The notes beneath the pieces are model-generated. The model ran no database searches, was not told the origin of the DNA, and was given only the letters and a program-made list of their open reading frames with translations. Source: Alphaproteobacteria bacterium (GTDB lineage Bacteria > Pseudomonadota > Alphaproteobacteria > UBA6615). From it: 11,075 nt of DNA. The stretch is taken from NCBI GenBank assembly GCA_965261975.1, contig CBDHEC010000032.1, positions 1 to 11,075 of the forward strand, written 5' to 3'. Position numbers and translations under genes: made by a program. The first letter of the stretch is position 1. Every line of letters starts with the position of its first letter. This document shows, in pieces, positions 1 to 9,267 of this stretch.

Positions 1-1969
1 CGTGGCGGATCGACACGCAGCCGGGAACAAGTCCCTCGACGACCCGGGCGCGGATGGTGATGGAATCCTTCGGACTTTCGATCACAACCATCTGCTCGTC
101 GACGATGCCGTATCTGGCGGCGTCGACCGAATTGATCTCGACCCAGTTCTCCGGGCAGATCTCCATCAGCATCGGGTTGTTCTGCGTGACGATATTGCAG
201 TGCATGGACAGCTTCGAATGCGTTACCTGCAGCGGATAGTCCTTGTCCGGATGAACCGTGCGCTCGGAATACTCGGGATAGGGATTGTATCCGTTGTCGG
301 CGAAATCGTGGCTGTAGATTTCGATCTTGCCGCTCCTGGTGCCGAGCCCCTGCCGGTATTTGTGGAACTCGGTGGCTGCGGTCCAAAGGCCTTTCTCCTT
401 CAGTTCGTCCAGTTCGATCGGCAGATTGGCGATTGCGATTTCTGCCCAATCCTCCCAGGTTTCGTACGGAAAGTACTCGCTCCAGCCCATCTTGCCGGCG
501 ATGCCCTGGACGATCTCGTAGGGTGGCTTGGACTCGCCCACCGGCTCGACCACGGGTTGGCACAGGACCGCCTGCTCCGCGAGCCACAGGCCCTGGCGGA
601 TTTCGGCCATCTCATAAAATGAGGTTTCGGGCAGGACGATATCGCATTCCAGCGCCGTCTCGCTCATCAGCACTTCGCAGGCGACCGCAAGCTCCAGGTG
701 CCTGAACATCTCCTTCACGGTGTCGCGGTCAGGATCGCTCATCACCGGATTGGTCGGCTGCACGAACAGGCCCTTGACCGGATAGGGATTGCCCTCCATC
801 ACCGCTTCCGGCAGCCGTGCATTGGGAAGATCCGGGGACAGCGGAAATCCCATGGCCAGGTGCAGAGGGTGCTTCTCGGGGATGCGCTTTGCTTCCTGAG
901 GTATGACCACCGGTTCCGCCAGGTTCGCCCAGCCCATCAGGTGCAGATTGCCGGGGCCGTCGACCTGACCGGTGATCGCGTCCAGGATGTAACAGGCGCG
1001 GCTGGCATCATGGCCATTGGTGTAACAACCGGCGCCCTTGAATATCGCCGATATGGCCGGCTTCGTTGTCGCGAATTCGCGTGCCAGCCTGCGGATCGTG
1101 GCGGAATCGATGCCGCAGATCTCCGCCGCCCATTCCGGCGTGTAGCCCTTTTCGCTGAGATGGTCGCGGAAGCCGTCGAAGCCCTCACAATACTTTGTCA
1201 CGAAGTCCCGGTCGTGCAGGCCGTCATCGATGATGGTCTTGCACATGGCAAGCGCCATTGCGCCGTCCGTGCCCGGCTTGATGGCGATCCACTCGTCGGC
1301 CTTCTGCGCAGTCTCGGTGAAATTCGGGTCGACGACGACGAGCTTGCAGCCGCGTTTCCTGGCCTCCAGCAGCGCCCGGCTCTCGAACAGGCCCTGATTG
1401 GCGCCGAGCATGTTCATCCCCCACAGCATCACGTACCGCGAATTGGCGAAGTCGTGCATCGGAAAATCGTGCGAGAACAATGTGCGGCAGGCGACCCGCC
1501 GGTCCATCTCGCAACCCGAAGTGTGCGTATACATGTTTGGCGAGCCATAGAGATCGCCGAGCAGATGCCGGTAGAACTGCGTGTTGGGATCGTGATGGCT
1601 GGTCAGCGCGACCGCCTCGGGACCCCACTTGTCCGCGATCAGTTTCAGCTTGTCGGCGATGAAAGTGAAGGCTTCATCCCAGCCGATGCGCTTGAACTCG
1701 CCGGGTTCGCCTTTTTTGTTGGTGCGCAGCAGCGGATATTTCAGCCGGTCCGGGTCCCAGGTCATCCACCAACTCGCCATGCCCTTGGCGCAACGCGTGC
1801 CGGCATTGTTCGGCGCATCGGCGTTGCCCTTGACGTAGACGACCTTGCCGTCGCGGACAAAAACGTCGGTGGGGCAGTTCCACGGGCAAGAGTAGCAAAA
1901 ACTCTTGATCACGGCTGCGCCCTTGATCGCTGCTATCCGATCCGACAGGTCTTTCTGTACAACGTTCAT
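1..1969 (-). CDS. Mo/W-bisPGD oxidoreductase catalytic subunit, PhsA/PsrA-like, paralogue B (3' end outside window)
   Basis: Manual translation from ATG 1969 (GGAGA at 1981-1985) is open to the window edge (656 codons): MNVVQKDLSDRIAAIKG..., FS0 motif CYSCPWNC...RCAKG, Mo-ligand loop GSPNMYTHTSGC, VVVDP, DIVLP. Collinear with 7092-9203 at a constant offset of 7234 nt. Absent from the ORF track because it has no stop inside the window. Confidence 0.95.
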   Translation of the reverse strand, partial: MNVVQKDLSDRIAAIKGAAVIKSFCYSCPWNCPTDVFVRDGKVVYVKGNADAPNNAGTRCAKGMASWWMTWDPDRLKYPLLRTNKKGEPGEFKRIGWDEAFTFIADKLKLIADKWGPEAVALTSHHDPNTQFYRHLLGDLYGSPNMYTHTSGCEMDRRVACRTLFSHDFPMHDFANSRYVMLWGMNMLGANQGLFESRALLEARKRGCKLVVVDPNFTETAQKADEWIAIKPGTDGAMALAMCKTIIDDGLHDRDFVTKYCEGFDGFRDHLSEKGYTPEWAAEICGIDSATIRRLAREFATTKPAISAIFKGAGCYTNGHDASRACYILDAITGQVDGPGNLHLMGWANLAEPVVIPQEAKRIPEKHPLHLAMGFPLSPDLPNARLPEAVMEGNPYPVKGLFVQPTNPVMSDPDRDTVKEMFRHLELAVACEVLMSETALECDIVLPETSFYEMAEIRQGLWLAEQAVLCQPVVEPVGESKPPYEIVQGIAGKMGWSEYFPYETWEDWAEIAIANLPIELDELKEKGLWTAATEFHKYRQGLGTRSGKIEIYSHDFADNGYNPYPEYSERTVHPDKDYPLQVTHSKLSMHCNIVTQNNPMLMEICPENWVEINSVDAARYGIVDEQMVVIESPKDSITIRARVVEGLVPGCVSIRH

Positions 1970-2169
1970 CGCAAACTCGTTCTCCGGCAATGATCCAGGC
2001 TCCGACCCGGTGGCCGGGGAAGCCGCGGGAACGTTGTTTAACGGGTGTGTCGGAGCGACGGAAGGGCGCGTGCACCGGGTTTTCCATGACCCGCGGTCAT
2101 GGACCCCATCTCACGAACCGCGATGCGGAAATTGGAGTTTGATTTTACCCGTAACCTATGGCTTGCTCA

Positions 2170-3078
<909 letters not shown>

Positions 3079-3166
3079 ATCCGAATGACAAATGCGACCG
3101 GCTTCTCGAATACGGCCACACCGGCCCCGCGAAGCATCCGCGGAGCCAGCTGGACCGGTCGATGGA

Positions 3167-3691
3167 TCAGTAGGGCTTGTCCCCCTGAAGAGCCCACAGA
3201 TCGATGAAGTTGTCCCGGTTCGGCATCGCGATACCGGCGAGATTGCCCGCATCGATCCTGTCGTCCGCCCCGACCAGACCGTTGCGGTGAAGCACATAGG
3301 CCACCACGGCGTAGACTTCGTCATCGGTCATTGATTTCGGTGCGTTGAACGGCATTGCCCGGCGGATGTAGTCGAACAGGGTCGTTGCATAAGGCCAATG
3401 CCGGCCCGCCGCTTTCGGGTATGCGTCGTTCGGACCGACGAGCGGTTGTATCGGACCTTCCACACCCGTGGCCCCGTGGCAGGAACCGCATTGCTCGGCG
3501 TAGATCGTCTCGCCTTGCATCGCCGTTCCGCCGCCGTCGGGGAGGCCGGTTCCGTCGGGCATCACATGACGTGCGTAATACGGAATTTCATCTTCGCTCA
3601 GCGGCTGCCCAAGACCCGGTCCCTCGGCCGAAGCGGGCGATGACATCAAAACGGCCGTCGTCGCGGCCAGAATCCACTTACGTGTAGACAT
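3167..3691 (-). CDS. soxD: SoxD-like monoheme cytochrome c
   Basis: Sec-type signal (MSTRKWILAATTAVLMSSPASA), PDGTGLP, single CGSCH heme motif, WPYATTLFDYIRRAMPF. ATG 3691 (GGAG about 8 nt upstream) overlaps the end of the soxC-like gene and is preferred over GTG 3700. Confidence 0.85.
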   Translation of the reverse strand: MSTRKWILAATTAVLMSSPASAEGPGLGQPLSEDEIPYYARHVMPDGTGLPDGGGTAMQGETIYAEQCGSCHGATGVEGPIQPLVGPNDAYPKAAGRHWPYATTLFDYIRRAMPFNAPKSMTDDEVYAVVAYVLHRNGLVGADDRIDAGNLAGIAMPNRDNFIDLWALQGDKPY

Positions 3692-4970
3692 TTTCGACAC
3701 TCCCGGATTCGGTTACAAGCCAGGCTTGGATGCCGTTGTAGTGGTTGGCATTCGATCCGTAGCGCTCCTTCCATGCGGTACGTGTCGGCTGCACCGCTCC
3801 GGTCTCGTCATGGGCACGGCTGAGCAATCGCCGCGGTGCCCCGTCCCATTTCCAGGGCAGTGAGAACCGGGTCAGTGCACGGGTGTGGATCGGACCGTGC
3901 AACTCCGCCTCGGCCCAGCTGGAACCGTCATTGGCAGAGACCTCGACTTTGGTGACCTTGCCGGCCCCTGACCAGGCGAGCCCTGAAACTTCGTAGAGAC
4001 CAGGCCCGCTCATCGACATTGTCGAAGACGGATGCGTGATGACCGACTTCACGCTCATGGTGTGGCTGAACTTGATCACCTTGCCGTCGGCCAGGATGTC
4101 GGTGTACTCGCCCGACGCGTCTTTTGTGTGCGGTGGTTCGGACGTTACCCACAGACTGGTCAGCCACTTGATGTTCATGTTGCCTTCGTAACCCGGGAGC
4201 AGCAGGCGCATCGGGTAGCCCTGTTCAGGCCGGACACGTTCGCCGTTCTGGTAAAGCGCGAGCATGGCATCATCCATGATCTTTTCCATCGGAATGGACC
4301 GCGACAGGTTCGGCGCATCGTTGCCGACGGCGACCACCCATTTGCCTTCTGGCTTGACACCGGCCTCGTCCATCAGGACCGACAGCGGAATGCCCGTCCA
4401 TTCCGCATTGGAGACGAGGCCGTGCAGCATGTCGCAGCCCAACTGCTGCGGCTCGTCGAAGAGCGAGATGAAAAAGCTGTTTCCGGCGCATTCCAGGAAG
4501 TGGAATTTCGACACCATGGGGTATCGATCGAGCGAAGCCAGGTCGAATTTCAAAGGCCGCTCCACCAGGCCGTGGATCATCAGCACATGCTGGCTTGGAT
4601 CGATATTCGGACGGCCGCCATGGTGCACTTCGTAGTGCAGCCCGTTAGGCGTCACCGAACCGCGCAGATGTTGGAGCGGCGTGCCGGAGAAACTGTAGCC
4701 GGGAGCAAGGTCCTTCCAGATCTGGATGAGCGCGCGCTTGACGTGCTCTTCCTGTTTGGCCGGCGTGCCGTAACCGCGGACGGGTTCTCCCTCGACGGTA
4801 AGCCAATCGCCCATCGTCGGTGCCGCCTGAACGTCATCGATGACCCCGAGGCTGGCAGCCGCCGCGGCGCTGCCCGCGACCAGACCGCCGCCAAGAAGTT
4901 TGCGCCGGCTCAGCAGGCCGCCGCCGGCGACCGCGGCATCGTTCAAACGATGCTCAGCATTGCGTTGCAT
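3678..4970 (-). CDS. soxC: SoxC-like sulfite oxidase-family molybdoprotein (sulfite/sulfane dehydrogenase), Tat-exported
   Basis: Twin-arginine motif SRRKLL, TPNGLHYEVHHGG, Mo-ligand FLECAGN, NAEWTG, QNGE-RPEQGYPMRL-PG-EGN-NIKWL, SGLAWSG; purine-rich RBS (AGGGGAGGG) upstream; translationally coupled to a cytochrome c gene. Confidence 0.88.
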   Translation of the reverse strand: MQRNAEHRLNDAAVAGGGLLSRRKLLGGGLVAGSAAAAASLGVIDDVQAAPTMGDWLTVEGEPVRGYGTPAKQEEHVKRALIQIWKDLAPGYSFSGTPLQHLRGSVTPNGLHYEVHHGGRPNIDPSQHVLMIHGLVERPLKFDLASLDRYPMVSKFHFLECAGNSFFISLFDEPQQLGCDMLHGLVSNAEWTGIPLSVLMDEAGVKPEGKWVVAVGNDAPNLSRSIPMEKIMDDAMLALYQNGERVRPEQGYPMRLLLPGYEGNMNIKWLTSLWVTSEPPHTKDASGEYTDILADGKVIKFSHTMSVKSVITHPSSTMSMSGPGLYEVSGLAWSGAGKVTKVEVSANDGSSWAEAELHGPIHTRALTRFSLPWKWDGAPRRLLSRAHDETGAVQPTRTAWKERYGSNANHYNGIQAWLVTESGSVENVYT

Positions 4971-5376
4971 GTCGTTACCCTCCCCTGTTGTTGCTTGCCT
5001 CCTCAGGTCAACCGCATCGATGTCCGCTTTGCCCGGGTTTCAAATCACCCGCTCCCTCGACCACCTGAGAATTTTCGGCCGGACCGTTGCATTGCGAGGA
5101 AGTTCCAGAAGACTACCGCAATTCGAGCGCGATGATCACGAAAGCGTGAAGCGTTTTGCGAATACCCCCTAGTCGCCTTGTGCATGCCTGGGTTGAAGTC
5201 GAATTCGGTTTCCGAAGGCTGGCAATGCTTTGTGGTTGGGCGTATCGGCTTTGATCATTCGACATTCCCTACCGACGTTGGACCCGTCTATACACGCGGA
5301 GATAGAATGCCTTGTTTGTTGAAGGTCGCAACTGCGACATGCGATGGTCGCTTCCAATCCCGACACTTTCGGATGG

Positions 5377-6339
5377 CTAGGCAGTAATAGCGGTGCGGGG
5401 TTGCTCCTTTCCGTGTGCTTGGTGGCCGCAGCGAGCGGACCAGCTTTGGCGAATATCTTCGACAAGGAAGTCGCGGACCGCTTCGATCCGCCGTGATGGT
5501 AGAAGTTCTTCCGGGTAGACGAAGTAGACCGGAATGGTCGGGCCTTCGATATCAGGAAACAGTTCCACCAGTTCGTCAGACCGCTCGCTCATATAGAACG
5601 GCAGTGCGGCAATGCCCATGCCGCTCTCGACCGCGCGATAGATTCCATAAACACTGTTCACACGAAGCGCCGGTTTGCGGGTCTCTCCTGCAGGCATCCC
5701 TTCTTTGAGGAGCCAGTTGATATCCTCGACCGCAGCCCCGCCGAACTCGTCTCCGTAGACAATCAGATCATGATCGGCCAGTTCCTCAAGTGACCGCGGT
5801 CTCGGGCGGTTGGCCAGATATTTCTTCGAGCCGAATATCTTGTAGGAGAAAGTCGCAATCTGCCGCCTGACCAGGTTCAGATCAGTCGGTGGCTGGAAGC
5901 GGATGGCGCAATCGGCCTGCCTCTCGGAGATATCGAGCTCGACATTGTCGACGAGCAACAGCGAGACCTGGATATCCGGGTAGCGCTGATGGAACCGGTT
6001 GATCCTGCTTGTCAGCCATGCCGAGCCGAATCCCACCGTCGTCGTTATCCTCAACGGTCCCTCGGGTTTGGCCTTCAATTCGTTCAGCCGGGCCAAGCCG
6101 AGTGCCAGAAGCTTCGACATCTCACTGACGGTCCGATAAAAATACTCGCCCTTGTCGGTGAGTACCAGGCCGCTGCTGCTGCGGATGAACAGCGACGCGC
6201 CGATTTCCGCTTCCAGTGAAGCGATCTGGCGGCTGACGGCAGATTGCGTCAGCCCGAGTTCCCGTCCGGCCCCGGTGAAGCTGCCAACTTCCTTGACGAC
6301 CTGAAATGACCGCAGACGTTTCCAGTCCAGATCCTTCAT
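5377..6339 (-). CDS. LysR-family transcriptional regulator, VtlR/LsrB-like
   Basis: HTH region LDWKRLRSF...GSFT-AG-ELGLTQSAVSRQIASLE, then PEGPLRITTTVGFGSAWL and YFVYPEEL...RI-A-RDFL. Start at ATG 6339 chosen because the HTH begins there; 6408 and 6402 are in-frame alternatives. Confidence 0.92.
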   Translation of the reverse strand: MKDLDWKRLRSFQVVKEVGSFTGAGRELGLTQSAVSRQIASLEAEIGASLFIRSSSGLVLTDKGEYFYRTVSEMSKLLALGLARLNELKAKPEGPLRITTTVGFGSAWLTSRINRFHQRYPDIQVSLLLVDNVELDISERQADCAIRFQPPTDLNLVRRQIATFSYKIFGSKKYLANRPRPRSLEELADHDLIVYGDEFGGAAVEDINWLLKEGMPAGETRKPALRVNSVYGIYRAVESGMGIAALPFYMSERSDELVELFPDIEGPTIPVYFVYPEELLPSRRIEAVRDFLVEDIRQSWSARCGHQAHGKEQPRTAITA

Positions 6340-6522
6340 GCGACTGTCGTTCCACCGTGAGATAGTCAGCCTCCGTGCGTCTGAAAGCTCCCGATGGTTC
6401 ATCGTCATGCCGATCGCTTTGGTGAAACAATACCGGGCATCATCTGTTCCTCACCCTGGACAAGCGCATGTCAGGCACCGGCACCGGGCGCTCGGGACGG
6501 AAGGCGGCATGCAGGCGCATGT

Positions 6523-7080
6523 TCAGTCCGTTGCCTTCGCGAACCGCTGAGCGGCGTCAACGACCATTGCGGGAAACTTCTGGTTGCCCAGTTTGCGGGC
6601 GACCTGTTCGCGGTTCTGCTGTGCCATCTGTGCCATCGAACCGGACTTGATCGCGCCGGTCGGGCAGACCTCCTCGCAGGCCCGTGGCATGTCCAGCGGA
6701 CGCTCGCTGCCCGGCGTCTGGCAGAAATTGCACTTCTGCATCTTGCCCGCCATGCTGGTCAGCTGCGGCGCGTTGAACGGGCAGGCCCAGACACAGAAAC
6801 CGCAGCCGATGCAGGTGTTCTGGTCGACAACGACAATGCCGTCCTCGGCCCGCTTGGTGATCGCCCCGACCGGACAGGCATTGCGGCACGGCGCATCGCC
6901 GCAATGCATGCACGCCATCGACACGTTCATCGCCTTCACATCCGGGAAAGTGCCGCTCTCGACCTTCACAACCTCGCGCCAGCGCGGGCCGGTCTCGACC
7001 TCGTTCCAGGTCTTGCAGGCGATCTCGCAGGCATGGCACTTCACGCAGAGATCGCTGTCGAAATAGAAACCGTGCTGCAT
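6523..7080 (-). CDS. Four-cluster [4Fe-4S] electron-transfer subunit (DmsB/PsrB-like), 185 aa
   Basis: MQHGFYFDSDLCVKCHACEIAC, CMHCGDAPCRNAC, CIGCGFCVWAC, CNFC...CEEVC (16 Cys); GGAGG at 7086-7090 immediately after the catalytic subunit stop. The 303-aa track ORF is over-extended at its N-terminus. Confidence 0.95.
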   Translation of the reverse strand: MQHGFYFDSDLCVKCHACEIACKTWNEVETGPRWREVVKVESGTFPDVKAMNVSMACMHCGDAPCRNACPVGAITKRAEDGIVVVDQNTCIGCGFCVWACPFNAPQLTSMAGKMQKCNFCQTPGSERPLDMPRACEEVCPTGAIKSGSMAQMAQQNREQVARKLGNQKFPAMVVDAAQRFAKATD

Positions 7081-7091
7081 CACTTCCTCCC

Positions 7092-9203
7092 TTACGCCGG
7101 CCGAACCCGGACCTTGCATTCGTTGTAGCAGTTCGCACCGGTCACCGGATTGGTGTGGATGTCCATCAGGTTGTTGGAATGGGCGCCCTTGCCCTTGGCA
7201 ACCTGGCCCATCGCCCAGTGGCCGAAACCGTGGCCGTGGCGGATCGACACGCAGCCCGGAACAAGTCCCTCGACCACCCGGGCGCGGATGGTGATGGAAT
7301 CCTTCGGGCTTTCGATCACAACCATCTGCTCGTCGACGATGCCGTATCTGGCGGCGTCGATCGAATTGATCTCGACCCAGTTCTCCGGGCAGATCTCCAT
7401 CAGCATCGGATTGTTCTGGGTGACGATGTTGCAATGCATCGACAGCTTCGAATGGGTCACCTGCAGCGGATAGTCCTTGTCCGGATGGACCGTGCGCTCG
7501 ACATAGTCGGGATAGGGATTGAACCCGGCATCCGCATAGGCATGGCTGTAGATCTCGATCTTGCCGGACTTGGTCCCGACGCCGGCACCGAGCTTGTTGT
7601 ACTTCGGAGGTGCGGCCCAGAAGCCCTTTTCCTTCAGTTCCTTCAAACCTCCCGGCAGGCCTGCCGTCGCGGTCTCGGCCCAGTCTTCCCAGGTCTTGTA
7701 GGCGAAGTGCTTGCCCCAGCCCATCTTCTTGGCGATGCCCTGGACGATCTCGTAGGGCGGCTTGGATTCACCGACCGGTTCGATCGCCGGCTGGCAGATG
7801 ATCGCCTCGGCGCCGAGCCACAGGCCCTGGCGCACCTCGGCCATCTCGTAGAACGAGGTTTCCGGCAGGACGATGTCACATTCCAGCGCCGTCTCGCTCA
7901 TCAGCACCTCGCAGGCAACCGCAAGGTCAAGATGTTTGAACATCTCCTTCATGAGATCGCGGTCGGGATCGCTCATCACCGGATTGGTCGACTGAACGAA
8001 CAGTCCCTTGATCGGATAGGGTTTACCCTTCATCACCGCCTCGGGAAGGCGTGAGTTCGGCAAATCGGGCGCCAGCGGGTAACCCATGGCAACGTGAAGG
8101 GGATCCTTCTTGGGCGCGCGTTTGGCATCGTCGGGGATCTCGAGCGGCAGTCCGACCGCAGCCCAGTCCTTCAGATGCAGATGGCCCGGGCCGTCGATCT
8201 GGCCGGTAATGACATCAAGGATGTAACAGGCGCGGCTCGCGTCGTGGCCGTTGGTGTAATAACCGGCGCCCTTGAAGATTGCCGAAATAGCGGGTTTCGT
8301 GGTGGCGAACTCGCGCGCCAGGCGGCGGATCGTGTCGGCGTCGATGCCGCAGATCTCGGCTGCCCATTCGGGCGTATAACCCTTCTCGTTGAGGTGATCG
8401 CGGAAGCCGTCGAAACCTTCGCAATGTTTTGTCACAAAGGCGTGGTCGTGCAATCCGTCGTCGATGATTGCCTTGCACATGGCCAGCGCCATGGCGCCGT
8501 CGGTGCCCGGCTTGATGGCGATCCATTCGTCCGCCTTTTGTGCCGTCTCGGTGAAATTCGGATCGACAACGACCAGTTTGGCGCCCCGCTTCTTGGCCTC
8601 CAGCAGGCCGCGGCTCTCGAACAGACCCTGGTTGGCCCCGAGCATGTTCATGCCCCAGAGCATGATGTATCTGGAGTTGCCGAAATCATGCATCGGGAAG
8701 ACGTGGCCGAAGATGGTCAGGCAGGCGGAGCGCCGGTCCTGCTCGCAGCCGGACGTATGGGTGTACATGTTCGGCGAACCGTAGAGGTCACCGAGCAGAT
8801 GCCGGTAGAACTGGGTGTTCGGATCGTGGTGGCAAGTCAGCGCGACCGCCTCGGGCCCATGTTTCTTGGCGATCTCCTTCAGCTTGCCGGCGATGAAGCT
8901 ATAGGCCTCATCCCAGGAGATGCGTTTGAATTCGCCAGGCTCGCCCTTCGGGTTGGTACGCAGCATCGGATATTTGAGCCGGTCCGGGTCCTGGGTGATC
9001 CACCAGCTCGCCATGCCTTTCGAGCAGCGGGTGCCGATATTGTTGGGCGCGTCGGCATTGCCCTTGGTGTAGACGACCTTGCCGTCGCGGACATAGACCT
9101 CGGTCGGACAGTTCCACGGGCACGAATAGCAGAAGCTCTTGACGACGGTCGCGCCCTTGATCGCTGCGAGCCGATCCGAAAGCTGCCGATCCTGGTAGGT
9201 CAT
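7092..9203 (-). CDS. Mo/W-bisPGD oxidoreductase catalytic subunit, PhsA/PsrA-like, paralogue A (703 aa, no signal peptide)
   Basis: FS0 motif CYSCPWNC...RCSKG, GSPNMYTHTSGC (resembles the PhsA Cys-ligand loop), DPDRLKYP, DIVLP, C-terminal GFGHW. ATG 9203 is supported by GGAGAGGAGA upstream and aligns exactly with the ATG of paralogue B. Confidence 0.95.
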   Translation of the reverse strand: MTYQDRQLSDRLAAIKGATVVKSFCYSCPWNCPTEVYVRDGKVVYTKGNADAPNNIGTRCSKGMASWWITQDPDRLKYPMLRTNPKGEPGEFKRISWDEAYSFIAGKLKEIAKKHGPEAVALTCHHDPNTQFYRHLLGDLYGSPNMYTHTSGCEQDRRSACLTIFGHVFPMHDFGNSRYIMLWGMNMLGANQGLFESRGLLEAKKRGAKLVVVDPNFTETAQKADEWIAIKPGTDGAMALAMCKAIIDDGLHDHAFVTKHCEGFDGFRDHLNEKGYTPEWAAEICGIDADTIRRLAREFATTKPAISAIFKGAGYYTNGHDASRACYILDVITGQIDGPGHLHLKDWAAVGLPLEIPDDAKRAPKKDPLHVAMGYPLAPDLPNSRLPEAVMKGKPYPIKGLFVQSTNPVMSDPDRDLMKEMFKHLDLAVACEVLMSETALECDIVLPETSFYEMAEVRQGLWLGAEAIICQPAIEPVGESKPPYEIVQGIAKKMGWGKHFAYKTWEDWAETATAGLPGGLKELKEKGFWAAPPKYNKLGAGVGTKSGKIEIYSHAYADAGFNPYPDYVERTVHPDKDYPLQVTHSKLSMHCNIVTQNNPMLMEICPENWVEINSIDAARYGIVDEQMVVIESPKDSITIRARVVEGLVPGCVSIRHGHGFGHWAMGQVAKGKGAHSNNLMDIHTNPVTGANCYNECKVRVRPA

Positions 9204-9251
9204 GGTTCTCCTCTCCCCTTGCTTGTTGACGCCAACACCACCAAGTCGCGT

Positions 9252-9267
9252 CAATTATATATTATTT
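9252..9267 (-). promoter_or_regulatory. 16-bp box AAATAATATATAATTG upstream of the Mo-enzyme operon (putative operator overlapping -10)
   Basis: Plus strand reads CAATTATATATTATTT, the exact reverse complement of 9504-9519; contains TATAAT and is an imperfect palindrome; ends 48 nt before ATG 9203. Confidence 0.7.

Noticed and set aside
1511-1513. Possible selenocysteine or frameshift explaining why paralogue B is missing from the ORF track
   Set aside because: The ligand codon is TGC (Cys) in both copies and manual translation found no stop or shift; the ORF simply leaves the window.
2-1993. Long plus-strand ORFs 2-622 and 698-1993 (also 7155-8054, 8094-9287, 4032-5135)
   Set aside because: Antisense shadows of real minus-strand genes, common in GC-rich DNA; no recognisable motifs.
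1970-2130. Moco RNA motif or second cobalamin riboswitch upstream of paralogue B
   Set aside because: Could not identify the conserved elements of either family by eye; kept only as an unassigned structured leader.
7081-7434. N-terminal extension of the Fe-S subunit in the 303-aa track ORF
   Set aside because: Overlaps the catalytic gene in another frame; the RBS and DmsB-like start point to ATG 7080.
7092-9203. Assignment as arsenate reductase ArrA, ArxA, or a specific phsA/psrA gene symbol
   Set aside because: No Tat signal, no anchor subunit, and HHDP in place of the Arr/Arx motifs; only family-level similarity is supportable.
9204-9254. 17-codon N-terminal extension of paralogue A from TTG 9254
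   Set aside because: Strong RBS before ATG 9203 and exact alignment with the paralogue B start; the extension is not a Tat leader.
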